A stretch of DNA of 64,000 nucleotides, taken from NCBI RefSeq assembly GCF_032191835.1, contig NC_083233.1, positions 85,312,001 through 85,376,000 of the forward strand. Reading direction: 5' to 3'. Position numbers and translations under genes: made by a program. Of this stretch, positions 13,101-24,372 are shown one piece after another. The stretch comes from Heteronotia binoei. Lineage: Eukaryota. Below the pieces are notes generated by a model, which did not search any database, was not told where the DNA came from, and saw nothing but the letters and a program-made list of their open reading frames with translations. Numbering within the stretch: the stretch's first letter is position 1; the number at the start of each line of letters is the position of its first letter.

Positions 13101-16100
13101 GAGGAAGGAAGGAGGGAAGGAAGGAATAGAGGGAGGAAGGGAAGAAAGATGGGAGAGAGGGAGGGAGGAAGGGAGGCGGGAGGATGGAGGGAAGAAGGAT
13201 NNNNNNNNNNNNNNNNNNNNNNNNNNNNNNNNNNNNNNNNNNNNNNNNNNNNNNNNNNNNNNNNNNNNNNNNNNNNNNNNNNNNNNNNNNNNNNNNNNNN
13301 NNNNNNNNNNNNNNNNNNNNNNNNNNNNNNNNNNNNNNNNNNNNNNNNNNNNNNAATGAAGAGAGGGANNNNNNNNNNNNNNNNNNNNNNNNNNNNNNNN
13401 NNNNNNNNNNNNNNNNNNNNNNNNNNNNNNNNNNNNNNNNNNNNNNNNNNNNNNNNNNNNNNNNNNNNNNNNNNNNNNNNNNNNNNNNNNNNNNNNNNNN
13501 NNNNNNNNNNNNNNNNNNNNNNNNNNNNNNNNNNNNNNNNNNNNNNNNNNNNNNNNNNNNNNNNNNNNNNNNNNNNNNNNNNGGGAAGGAGGGGGAGGGA
13601 GGGAGGAGGGAAGGAATAGAGGGAGAGAAGAAGGATGGGAGGAAGGAGGGAAGGAATGGAGGAAGGGAAGAAGGATGGGAGGGAGGGGGAAGGTGGGAAG
13701 GAATGGAGGGAGGGAGGGAAGAAGGAATGGAGGGAGGGAGGGAGGGAGGGAGGAAGGAGGGAGGAAGGGAAGGGAAGGAAAGGAAGGAATGGAGGGAGGG
13801 AACTTATGGCCGTTTTCCCACTCACGTTTTACTGGCGCCACGACCATCCTGACGCCGGCGAATCTGCCTGGATTTCGCAACAGAAGCGCCGGCGCTCCCA
13901 GAAGCGCCGGCGCTTTCCGTCGCTAAGCCAGCGCAAACGTTTTCCTGCATCTTTGCGATTTCCGTTTGCGCTGGCTTAGCGACGGAAGTAGCCGGCACTT
14001 CTGGGAGCGCCGGAGCTTCTGATGCGAAATCCAGGCAGATTCGCCGGCGTCAGGATGGTCGTGGCGCCAGTAAAACGTGAGTGGGAAAACGGCCTATATA
14101 AAATGGCGTATAGATGGTACCTTACACCCGACAGGTTGGCTAAAATTTATCCTACATATTCCAACAAATGCTGGAAGTGTCAAGAAATTAAAGGATCCCT
14201 GTTTCATATATGGTGGCAATGCAAAGTAGCTAAAAAATATTGGACGCAAGTGAATATTTGGATACAAAAGATTCTTAAAGTTCAAATTAACCATGTGCCG
14301 GAATTGTACCTCTTAAATATTTGCAGACAAAATATTCCCGAGACAAAGTTGAAATTGCTACTATATATAGTTACTACTGCCAGAATTTTATATGCTAAGT
14401 ATTGGAAGACAGATATAATTCCCAAGAGAGATGAATTTATTAGTAAGCTACTGGATGCCGCAGAATCTGACTTATTGTCCACAAGGGTACGAAATGGCAA
14501 CTGGCAAAAATGTCAGAAGGAATGGGACCCCATTTATAAATGGGCTAAAAGTAAAGGTTTTGGTTTGGAGTAATTATGGTTTTTCTATGCTTTTTAATTC
14601 TCTTCACCTCCCATGGTATGAATTATGGAGTGTATGTAGCAAGATGTATGTAGTCTGTCCAGTTTGTATAGTTGTATAGTTTGTTTAGTTGTTTAGTTGG
14701 TAGTTTGGTTTGTAGCATGTAAACTGTTTGATATCTTTGTGAGTTGTTTATTTCCTTTTCTTTTCAATAAACTCTTTTATAAAATGGTAAAAAAAAAAAA
14801 AAGGAATGGTGGGAGGGAAGAAGGACAGGAGGGAGGGAAGGAGGGGAGGGAGGGAGGAGGGAAGGAATAGAGGGAGGGAANNNNNNNNNNNNNNNNNNNN
14901 NNNNNNNNNNNNNNNNNNNNNNNNNNNNNNNNNNNNNNNNNNNNNNNNNNNNNNNNNNNNNNNNNNNNNNNNNNNNNNNNNNNNNNNNNNNNNNNNNNNN
15001 NNNNNNNNNNNNNNNNNNNNNNNNNNNNNNNNNNNNNNNNNNNNNNNNNNNNNNNNNNNNNNNNNNNNNNNNNNNNNNNNNNNNNNNNNNNNNNNNNNNN
15101 NNNNNNNNNNNNNNNNNNNNNNNNNNNNNNNNNNNNNNNNNNNNNNNNNNNNNNNNNNNNNNNNNNNNNNNNNNNNNNNNNNNNNNNNNNNNNNNNNNNN
15201 NNNNNNNNNNNNNNNNNNNNNNNNNNNNNNNNNNNNNNNNNNNNNNNNNNNNNNNNNNNNNNNNNNNNNNNNNNNNNNNNNNNNNNNNNNNNNNNNNNNT
15301 AGCAGGATCGGAGGGAGGGAGGAAGGAGGGAAGGAAGGAAGGAATAGAGGGAGGAAGGGAAGAAAGATGGGAGAGAGGAGGCGGGAGGATGGAGGGAAGA
15401 AGGATGGAGGGAGGAGGGAAGGAATGGAGGAAGGGAAGAAGGCTGGGAGGGAGGGAGGGAGGAAGGAGGGAAGGAAGGAAGGAATGGAGGGAGGGAGGAA
15501 GGAGGGAGAAGGAAGGAGAGGAATGAAGAGGGAAGGAAGGGATGAAGGGAGGGAGGGAAGAAGGAATAGAGGGAGGGAGGAAGGGAAGGAAGGAAAGGAT
15601 GGATGGAGGAAATGGATGGGAGGGAGGAGGTAGGGGAGGGAGGAGGAAGGAGGGAAGGGAGGAGGAAGAGGGAGGGGAAGAGGGAGGGAAGGAGGAAGGG
15701 AGGGAGGAGAGGAAGGGAGGGAGGAGANNNNNNNNNNNNNNNNNNNNNNNNNNNNNNNNNNNNNNNNNNNNNNNNNNNNNNNNNNNNNNNNNNNNNNNNN
15801 NNNNNNNNNNNNNNNNNNNNNNNNNNNNNNNNNNNNNNNNNNNNNNNNNNNNNNNNNNNNNNNNNNNNNNNNNNNNNNNNNNNNNNGGAGGAGGTGGGAG
15901 GGTGGAGGGAGGGAGGAGGAAGGGAGGGAGGGAGGAAGGGCGGAGGGAGGGAGGAGAAGGGAGGAAGAGAGGGAGGGAGGAGAATTGCAAGGGGACATGT
16001 GGGGGCCAGAGCCGCAAGGGTGAAGAGGAGTGGGGAAGCAAACCACTTACGTGCCACTCTCAATGCGGGCAGAACCAATGCACTCCAAGCCACAGGCTGC

Positions 16101-16767
16101 GATGTCCTCGCACTCAGAGGTGAACTCGTGCTGCTGGCCCTGGAAGGATGGCTCACCCCACGCCACCAGCTGAAGGAGAACATCAGCTGTAGGGAAGCTG
16201 CAGCACTGCGGGGGGGGGGGGAGAAATTGCCCCCAGGGGTGTGCTTTTGTCCTCCCACAACCTTGGCGGAGAAGGAAACCCTTGTCCCTCTCTCAGGGGC
16301 TGCAGCTTCCCAAGGGAAAGAAGCCAGAGTGGGCTCTGAACCCTTCCCACTCTGCAGCAAGAGCTGCCATTTCCGCCCCCCACACACACACACACCCCCC
16401 TCCCAGGGGTATGAAGCCATGTGCAAAGACTGAGGTGTGCAAACAAACCCAGATGAGACCCAAACATGGCCAGTATGGTCTTGTGGCTAGGGTGCAGGTC
16501 CAAAACCCCCCTCTGCCGCAAAGATGCCTGAGATAACTGAGTGTGTGTGTGTCACTCAGCCTCACACCTGCAGCAGAGGAGAAGGGTGATGAGGGGAGAA
16601 TGAAGGGGCAGCCCCCGTGGGTCTCTGGGCTGGGCAGAAAGTTGGCAGGTGCCTCCTGAGAGTGGTAGCGTGATGCCCTGACCCTCCCCCTTCCTGCTTT
16701 TCCTCTTCTCCACGCCTGCTTTCTCCTCACTGCAGGGCCCCAAAGGCCAAGGGAGAGGGTGACTCAT
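10144..16767 (-). CDS. CRYBA4: Beta-crystallin A4-like gene, frame-disrupted or strongly diverged (possible pseudogene)
   Basis: Coding exons (minus): 16767-16731 ([12 protein letters not shown], 37 nt), 16169-16051 (119 nt, [20 protein letters not shown]...ESGT), 11031-10890 (142 nt, [27 protein letters not shown]...RPVSCA), 10515-10373 (143 nt, [20 protein letters not shown]...YAGA), 10299-10144 (degenerate, to the ancestral-position TAG). All introns are GT-AG. The 119/142/143 exon sizes match recalled human CRYBA4, and the gene is head-to-head with CRYBB1. Exon 2 and the last exon are out of frame as assembled. Confidence 0.88.
13803..14802 (+). mobile_element. 5'-truncated L1-clade LINE (ORF2 C-terminus, 3' UTR, poly-A)
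   Basis: Open frame to 14573 with the zinc knuckle CWKC-x8-H-x4-C and the [12 protein letters not shown] motif. AATAAA at 14766, A14 tail at 14789-14802, and a candidate 19-bp TSD (13784-13802 / 14801-14819, 1 mismatch). Confidence 0.85.
13808..14094. mobile_element. Palindromic 287-bp MITE, PIF/Harbinger-like
   Basis: Perfect 72-bp TIR starting GGCCGTTTTCCC. The stem extends to ~132 bp around a 23-nt loop. TAT is duplicated on both sides and CpGs are intact. Confidence 0.8.
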
Positions 16768-17065
16768 CAGCCACCAGAACTTCAGAGCCAAGCAGAGAGT
16801 TTAACCAAAGCCTCCCCAGTTTGCGCCCAGCTCCCTTCCCATCTCTCACACACACACACACCCTGGGACTTTCTTAGGCCTGCCCTTGAAGCTGCCTAAC
16901 CCATGTGGTAGGGAAAGAGCCAGAGCCAAGACCAAGATGACTTGTGGCAGTGGAGGAACTTTCAGGAGTCCCTACAGCCACTCCTTCAGATACCGAAGGA
17001 CAGACTAGCACTTCTACCCATCTCAATCTAACCCATCTAGCTCTCCATTGTTTAGTCTGACTGTC

Positions 17066-17290
17066 AGTGTGCGGACTCTCATCTGGGAGAACCGGGTTTG
17101 ATTCCCCACTGCTCCACTGTCAGCTGCCAGAATGGCCTTGGGTCAGCCAGAGCTCTCGTAGGAGTTGTCCTTGAAAGGGCAGCTTCTGGGAGAGGTCTCT
17201 CAGCCCCACCCACCTCACAGGAGATTGTGACCACTCTGAGACTCTGAGATTCAGAGTATAGGGTGGGATATAAATCCAATACCATCATAA
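17066..17290 (+). mobile_element. Diverged SINE in CRYBA4 intron 1
   Basis: B box GGTTTGATTCC and GGGATATAAATCCAAT tail. Confidence 0.75.
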
Positions 17291-17662
17291 TCTTTGCTGG
17301 GTCCCCTCCCACCTTTTCATAACTTCCACAGCTCAGAGGGTTTCTCCATGGCTTGACTCATGGCTTCTGGACAACCAGCCACTCCCTAGAAAGCAAGGGA
17401 AGGGACTTGTGGTGGGGAGAGGGGGCTTGGGTGTCCCACACAGGCACCAGTGAGAGTTTAGCTCCAGATCCTGCAGAGATGACCGGGGGTGGGGGTGGGG
17501 GGAGGCATTTTTCTCAGAAGGGCCCTCCCCCCCACACCTCAGGGGACAGGGTAAGAGGACTTAGCCAGGGGCTCTTTCAGCCAGATGTGGCCACCCAAGA
17601 CAGATGCGAGGGGTAGCCCCCAGTCCCAGCAGATGGATGGCTGCACAGCTCTCAGCACTTAC

Positions 17663-17715
17663 CTGGGTGGTATCAGCCTGCCCCCTCCCAGCTGCCCTTC
17701 AGAGCGACTTTTATA
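17663..17715 (-). promoter_or_regulatory. CRYBA4: CRYBA4 TATA box and short non-coding exon 1
   Basis: TATAAAA on the minus strand at 17715-17709. About 45 nt downstream is CAG|GTAAGT (exon ends 17663). The exon 2 acceptor at 16779 leaves a 12-nt UTR before the ATG. Confidence 0.65.
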
Positions 17716-18353
17716 CCACAGCCTTTGCCATCCCAACCCCCTGAGTCAGCTCCGCCTGGAACAAAAGCCCGTCTCGCTGAGGAGGATCAAGGGCTCATCC
17801 GCCTGGCAGCCCAGCCGCTTCCCCAGCCAGCCGTGGGGTGACATCCCACATGTGCCGTGGGACTAGGGAGGCGAGATCTGTCAGGCAGAACTCAGGCCCA
17901 GAACCCAGACTTTTTAAAGCTCAGAGCTTGGCCCTGGGACAGAGAGTGCCTCAGAACATGTGCAGAAGGCTTTCTCTCCACCAGTGAACAGCCACCATAA
18001 CCCTTCTGGGAAGCCTGGAGTGACGTGCTAAGGGTACCAACAGGCTGAGGAGGGCATTGAAGCTGAGGCATCCACAGTGCATTGATGTTCTAGCTATGAT
18101 TCTGTGCGGTCTGGGTCAGACTACATGGTCTCTGGAGGCCCCTGAACATCCTGGCTGCCTCAGAGGTGGAGCTGTGGAGTGACTGCCAGAGCCACCTTTT
18201 CATCCTGCCCACAATGGGAAACGTTTGGTCAGCAGGGGCTCTGCTGGGGGAAGGGGAGGCATGGACTGGAGGGGGCGGGTGGGGGGGCAGACGGTTTTCC
18301 AGCCCAGCGGCCTCATTGAGAGAGGTTATTGTGGCGGCCCCCAGGGAAGACTC

Positions 18354-18486
18354 CGATGAGCCAGCACTTCTATTGTGCCCACTGGGGGCTGCCTGGGACC
18401 AGCCCAACATATAAAGGGCAGCAGCAGGACTCCCTCAACCCAGCTGGAGCAGACCCCTCCATGACAAAAGAGACTCAGAAGTCCAG
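18354..18486 (+). promoter_or_regulatory. CRYBB1: CRYBB1 proximal promoter, TATA box and exon 1
   Basis: TATAAA at 18410-18415 and donor CAG|GTAAGA after 18486. The upstream CGATGAGCCAGCACTTCTATTGT (18354-18376) is a MARE-like plus Sox-like composite that resembles my recollection of the avian betaB1 promoter elements. Confidence 0.65.
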
Positions 18487-18989
18487 GTAAGAGGAAGCAG
18501 GACCTGTCTGGCCTGGGGGGGGGGGGTGTTCCCTGGCAGGTTAGCTGGTGGGGAGTGGTCCGCACAGACCACCACAGAAGTGAGAGACCTCTCTGCAGCT
18601 CCCTTCCCGCTTGCAGGAAGCACGGATCAGGGCCCTGGGCTCAGGCTAGGAAGTCCTCCTCCACAGAGCTTGCTAGGAGGCACCAGACTCTAGCCCCTCT
18701 CCTCAATCTCCCAGAAGCCCCAAAGAAGGCGCTGCCCTTCTGCTTGCTGGTGTCTGGCAGCGGAGAGGTCAAGCCTGCCTGTGGCACGCAGGGTCTGCTC
18801 TGGCTGGGGAGGCCGGGCCCCCCTACACGGACAGAGCTCAGAACAAAGTAGGAGTCCTTGAGCATCTTTAAGACCAAAAAAGTTTGATTCAGAATGTCAG
18901 CTTTTGTGTGTATGCACACTTCATCAGATAATGGAATGGGGTACAGTGAGCCGAGCTACATAGAGCTATGGGCAGTGGTTAAGAATGCA

Positions 18990-19214
18990 AAGTGGTACCA
19001 AGTTAGAATCCAACAACAAAAAAGCGAGAGCCCTGGGTGACCCAAGGCTATTCCAGCAGCTGTAAGTGGAGGAGTGGGGAATCAAACCTGGTTCTCCCTG
19101 AATTTCCTGCATTATGCAGGGGGTTGGACTAGATGGCCCTAGAGGTCCCTTCCAATGCTATGATTCTCCCAGATAAGAGTTTGTGCACTTAACCACTATG
19201 CCAAACTGGCTCTC
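18990..19214 (-). mobile_element. SINE head with a nested ~70-bp CR1 3'-end fragment
   Basis: The SINE head is split at TTCTCCC by GGTTGGACTAGATG...CTATGATTCT (~19100-19167). Confidence 0.6.
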
Positions 19215-19329
19215 AGGTGTCTCTGTTCACCCCAGTCCAACCCACACTGCCATTTCAGGCCTCAGCAGGACACTCTGCCTCGCCTGGAAGCCCAAGAACT
19301 GGCCAGCCCAACAGGGTCCCTCGGAGAGG

Positions 19330-22300
19330 ATGGCTGAAGGCAGCATCCCCCCCGCAGCCGCCAATGGCCAGGCTGAAGAGTCCTCCAGGGAGACTTTCCG
19401 GGTAAGCTGGGGGTGGGGGGGGCTCAGCAGAAGTCCTGCAAAGAAGGCAAGGCCTGTCCAGGTGGGGGAGGGGGCGGACGGGCAAGGATCTTGGTGTTTC
19501 TGGGGCCCTGGTGAAAACCCAGGCTGGGGTCCCAGAATCACTGCCACCCCCACTCTGCCAGGGTCAAGCAAGAGGGGGCCAAGAGCTGCCGCTGGAGCCC
19601 CGGGCAGGCAGGCGTGGCCTCAGGGCTTCTTTTCCTAGAATGCCCACTGGCAAAGACCACCCCTGCTCTCCCCAGAGGCTGCAGCACAGGGGATGGGGGG
19701 AAGGGGGCAGCAGCAGCCAGGCTGGGAGAAGACAAGATCGGCAAAAGGAGGAGTGGAGAGGACAGCAGGGAAACCTCACCTGGAAGCACTGAACGTGGGG
19801 AAAGCAGCCAGCCTCCTGCAAGCCCCTCCCTGCTGCCCTGGGACTAACGACTGGCTGAGGACAGTGAACAGTGAGCCTTTGTGAACAGGCCCAGCAGGGC
19901 TGTCCTGGGGGCTCAGCCGGACTGGCAGCTCTTCACCAACAGGAAGAAGAGCAAGAGCAGCAGGCACTTCCACACATGTCTTAAAACTGCCCCTGGCCTA
20001 CTCTTGGGAGCTCAGCCTAATGGTGGGTTTGAAAGGGGAAATCCACCTTCTTCTCTTCACTTAAAATGTTGCTTAGCTGCCTGCCTGCCTGCCTGCCTGC
20101 CTCCCTTCCTTGCAGAGCTCAGTGAAGCTATCACCATAAATGAAACAAAAGTGTAAGGACCCTTTCCCTCCAAGGGCCCTTCCTTGTGAAGGGGACCTGC
20201 ATCTCCACACCCTCTTGCTGAGCTGCTGCAGGGAAGGCTGGGCGGGGGGACTTCAGGGTTGTGTGGTTCAGCCACCAAGGGCCATTCCAGCAGCCAGCCT
20301 CTCCCTCCCTCTCCCCTGGTGATGCAGCTGCTGCTGCTGCTGCTTCTTCCAGGTCCTCGTGTTTGACCAGGAGAGCTTCCAGGGCCAGCAGAAAGAATTC
20401 ACCAGGGAGTGCCTGAACCTGGGGGACCACGGCTTCGAGCAAGTGCGCAGCATCATTGTGGCCTCTGGACCGTAAGTGGCCTTGAAGGTGGGGGGAGTCT
20501 GCACTCATGGCAGGGGGGTCAGACTCAGGGCTTCATACTGCCCATTTTTGGAAACTCCACAGAAAGATTGCAGTGCTCGCCCTTCAGTCTAGAAGCCCCC
20601 TCCCCTCTCAGCACTAAACAAGACTCCTCTTAGATCTCTCTGAGGTGCTTGTATTTCTTCCGATCACCCGTTCTCAAAGCATGACCGGAGAGGTAGGCCA
20701 GGGCTCAAGGCAGAAGGCCCCTGGGCAGCTCCATCTACAGCAACTNNNNNNNNNNNNNNNNNNNNNNNNNNNNNNNNNNNNNNNNNNNNNNNNNNNNNNN
20801 NNNNNNNNNNNNNNNNNNNNNNNNNNNNNNNNNNNNNNNNNNNNNNNNNNNNNNNNNNNNNNNNNNNNNNNNNNNNNNNNNNNNNNNNNNNNNNNNNNNN
20901 NNNNNNNNNNCAGAAGCTAGATGGCCATCTGACAGCAATGCTGATCCTGTGAACTAGGCCGAACATGAGAAGGAGGGCAGGAAGGGTTGCATCCATGCCT
21001 AGTTCTCACGCCCTTTCTTACATGCCCAGGGGAACGCTGTTTGCTGCTTTGGAGCGATTTGTCTCCAGGCCTGTTTGGCCAGGGATCCCGGAAGGTTATT
21101 TTGCTGTCTTCTGGGCAGAGAGCATAAGTCACACACTTGGTGTGTGTGTGTGTAGGGTGGAAGTACTTGTGGATTTCCTGCATTGTGCAGGGGGTTGGGC
21201 TAGATGACCCTGGAAGTCCCTTCCAACTCCCTGCTTCTGTGATGGGAGAGACCTTCCTCTGGCTGGCTGCCTGGCTGAACAGAGAGCTGCTGGCAGTCCG
21301 AGAAGGCAAGTCCAGCCTGACTGAGCAGAAGACAGCTTCAGTGAGAAGGCGGCTTCCTGCCTTCACTGTTAACCCAGCCAGCCATTCGAATGCCTTGTGC
21401 TGCTGTCCTGCGTGCCACTCAGCAGAAATGTCAGCCTTCCATTTGCTCTTTTGTTCGGTCTGACCCAGACCAAACCCCCTTAGTTTCCAGTCCTGCTGTT
21501 CAGGTTCAGCAAAGTTTGACATGTGAAGCAGTTACCTGATGGAAGGTCTGCTTCCCAGAACCAGACATAAGCAAACTTCACCCTAACTTGCCAGACAGCC
21601 AAGATCTTCCCAGAAGTGCTGCTGGATCCTGCAAGTCAGGTGTGCTGCGCCTCCTTTCAGTCAACTTGCAGAGCAGCAAAACATAGTTGCAGAACACTCA
21701 GCTTGGAATTAATAAGCTCAGCATTGGTCCATCAAGGGCAGTCTTGCCTACTCAGACTGGCAGCCGCTCTCCAGGGTCTCAGGCAGAGAAGGGTCTTTCC
21801 AATCACTACACCTTGGTCCTTTTAGCTGGAGATGCTGCTGGGGGTTGAACCGGGGACCTTCTGCATGCCAAGCAGAGGCTCTGCCACTGAGCCTCAGTGT
21901 CCTATCTGCAGCGGACTTCTTCTTGTAAAGGATTGATCTGACACAAAGCCCAAAATGGAGCTGTCCAAACAGGTTTCTCCTGCACCTGCTGCGTGACAGA
22001 ACCAGTGGCTGGTTAGTGGAGGAGGAAAACACGCCCCAAGGCCCACCTCCTGTCTTCCAAGACAGTGCCCAGTGCTGGAAATGAGTGCTCTGGAACTGCC
22101 ATAGCTACTGCAAGACCAGTCAGAGAAGCGATGGGAGCAGTCCCTCTTTGGCTTCCTGGAGACACCCAGAGGCCTGGTCTCAGTGGGTCAGTGTGTGTCT
22201 AGACTCCCTGGAAAGGTATTAGGAATGGATTTTGAAAAGTTACCTGCTGAGTAAAAATCTCAAAACTACAAGGGTTCAAGTCTGAGTGGCTCAGAAGACT

Positions 22301-23945
22301 GGCCTTGCCCTGCCTTCAGGTGCCCTTCTGGCTCCGGCCTCTGTGTGTGTGTTCCCTGACCTCCTGGTCTCTAAGCAACCCCATCTCAGCAGAAGAGTCT
22401 CCCAGGACAGAATGTAAAGGGTCTGTTTTCCTTTTCTCCCTAGAAAGAAGGCAGGATGTGGGATTCGCAAGGACAGGATTGCGGCGCTGTTGGTTTTGGA
22501 CTTGCATGTGCACCAGCATCAACCGCGCTCTTCCTAAAACCGCCGCTTCCATCACCTGCAGTCCTGACTGATTGTCTTCTCTCCCAGATGGGGGCAGCGG
22601 GGGGGGGGGGGGTTAGTAATTTTTAAGACTCCCCTGAGGCTTCCGAACCAACACAAAACCCTACAGCTGGAAATGAGTTCTGTCTCTTGGCTGCTGGCTT
22701 CTAAGCAGACCAAGGATGGAGCCACCGGCTCCCCCCTCCCCCAGACCTTCCCTCTGACCGCCTGCTTGAGTCTTCTCCTCCCTTTCTCCAGCTGGGTGGC
22801 CTTTGAACAGTCCAACTTGCGTGGCGAGATGTTCATCTTGGAGAAGGGCGAGTTCCCACGATGGGACACCTGGTCCAGCAGCTCCCGCAGCGACCGCTTG
22901 CGCTCCCTGCGGCCTGTTAGAATGGTGAGCCTGCAGCAGTGGCCTCTCGGCCCTTTTCAGCAGCCAGGGCTTTCCCCAGGGAAGCTGCCATTCGAGCCCC
23001 AGCACAGGGCTGCACTCCGTAGAGGACACAGTTCAGCGCTGGGGCTCCTGCTTCTCCACAGGGAGACTTTGCATCAGTCCCCCCCCCACAAGATCCACCT
23101 CTCCCATCCCATGAAAACATCTCTGGCGCTTCTCAGCCCGAGCCCCAGGAGAATGGATTATTGTCAGCCACCCTGAGTCCACCATGGAGAGAGTGAGTTA
23201 GAAATTGAAAGCAATAAGTAATAAATAATGCCCAGGGGAGCAGACTTGCCACAAGATCCCAGAAGGCCCGTTCTGAGGGCAGCCTCTGTTGCCAGGCAGG
23301 GCAGTCCTTGCGGGGCACACACCCACGTCTGCCCTTGCCTGTCTCTGTCTGTTCCTCCAGCATGAAGCCCAGGAGCACAAGATCATCCTCTTTGAGACGG
23401 CCAACTTTAAAGGCAACAAAATGGAAATTGAAGACAAGGACGCGCCGAGTCTTTGGGTGCATGGCTTCTGTGGCCACATTGGAAGTGTGAAGGTGCCCAG
23501 TGGAACGTAAGCCTAGGCCTAAAGTCCGGTCTCTTTCCTTCCAGCCAACCCAGGCGGCAGAGAGGTCAGCTGGGCAAGTCTGCCGCCCACTCCGCCCCAT
23601 GCAGCAGCGAGGGCTCCCTGCTCTTCCTTGGAGGAGGGGGGGTGTCTGTTTTCATTCCATAAGACCTTGAAGACCAAGGGCAGACCAGGCTGTGGGTTCA
23701 GGCAGGCTCTCTTGTGCCACATTTGGCCAATCTCACATGGATGTCTTCTTTGCTACCTCTGCAGGTGGGTGGGCTACCAGTACCCTGGCTACCGAGGCTA
23801 CCAATACCTCTTGGAGCGAGGAGACTTTGGGCACTGGAACGAGTGGCTGGCCTTCCAGCCCCAAATGCAGGCCATCCGTCGCATCCGGGACACGTGCTGG
23901 GAACACAAAGATCACGATCTCCCTCCGGAGACCCCTCTCAGCTGA
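19330..23945 (+). CDS. CRYBB1: Beta-crystallin B1 (~216 aa)
   Basis: Exons 19330-19401 ([24 protein letters not shown]), 20353-20471 (119 nt), 22792-22924 (133 nt, [28 protein letters not shown]), 23361-23506 (146 nt), 23765-23945 ([27 protein letters not shown]...). The joined 651 nt is open and all introns are GT-AG. The start codon is uncertain. Confidence 0.92.
21690..21897 (-). mobile_element. Second tRNA-derived SINE family (partial copies also near 30250, 40100 and 60780)
   Basis: The minus strand reads GGCTCAGTGGCAGAG...GGTTCAACCC (A/B boxes), and the body is shared with the other listed loci. Confidence 0.6.
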
Positions 23946-24372
23946 GCGCACACCTCCTCTGGTTCATCAAGCACCTGCAAGGGGAGCGCAAGCACATCCC
24001 CCGACCCACAGATCGCGGGACCATCACAGCGGCCTCCTGGTGCTCCCTCTGGGCTCCTCAGCATGAGCCCTCCCCTTCCTGTAGTTTTGCGATCTGCAGC
24101 TTCTGTTCTCCCCCCGTGGGATTTAATTCTGATGTTATTAATTGAAAGACTAGGTGAGGGGTGCTAGGGGGGGCAGCTGATTCTTGGATGTGGGAATGAC
24201 CAACAAAATGCACAAACCACTATTCTACCCCCAACCGCTTCTGATAGGTCCATTAAGGCAACAAAACATAGCAGGAGAAGATCTTGTATGGCTAGCAGCT
24301 ATGATAACTGAATGGAACATCCATGAGCAGAGACAGTCAACCATCGAACACCAGAGGCAGGAGGCAACATCC

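Larger units (their letters stand above)
11592..15985 (+). repeat. Polypurine (GGA/GGAA) complex repeat with many N-gaps, in CRYBA4 intron 3
   Basis: Almost pure G/A on the + strand. The block GGAATAGAGGGAGGAAGGGAAGAAAGATGGGAGAG recurs several times. Confidence 0.9.

Noticed and set aside
10761-16433. 400-1000 aa P/S/L- or G/R/E-rich ORFs
   Set aside because: These are artefacts of N-gaps and a stop-free purine repeat.
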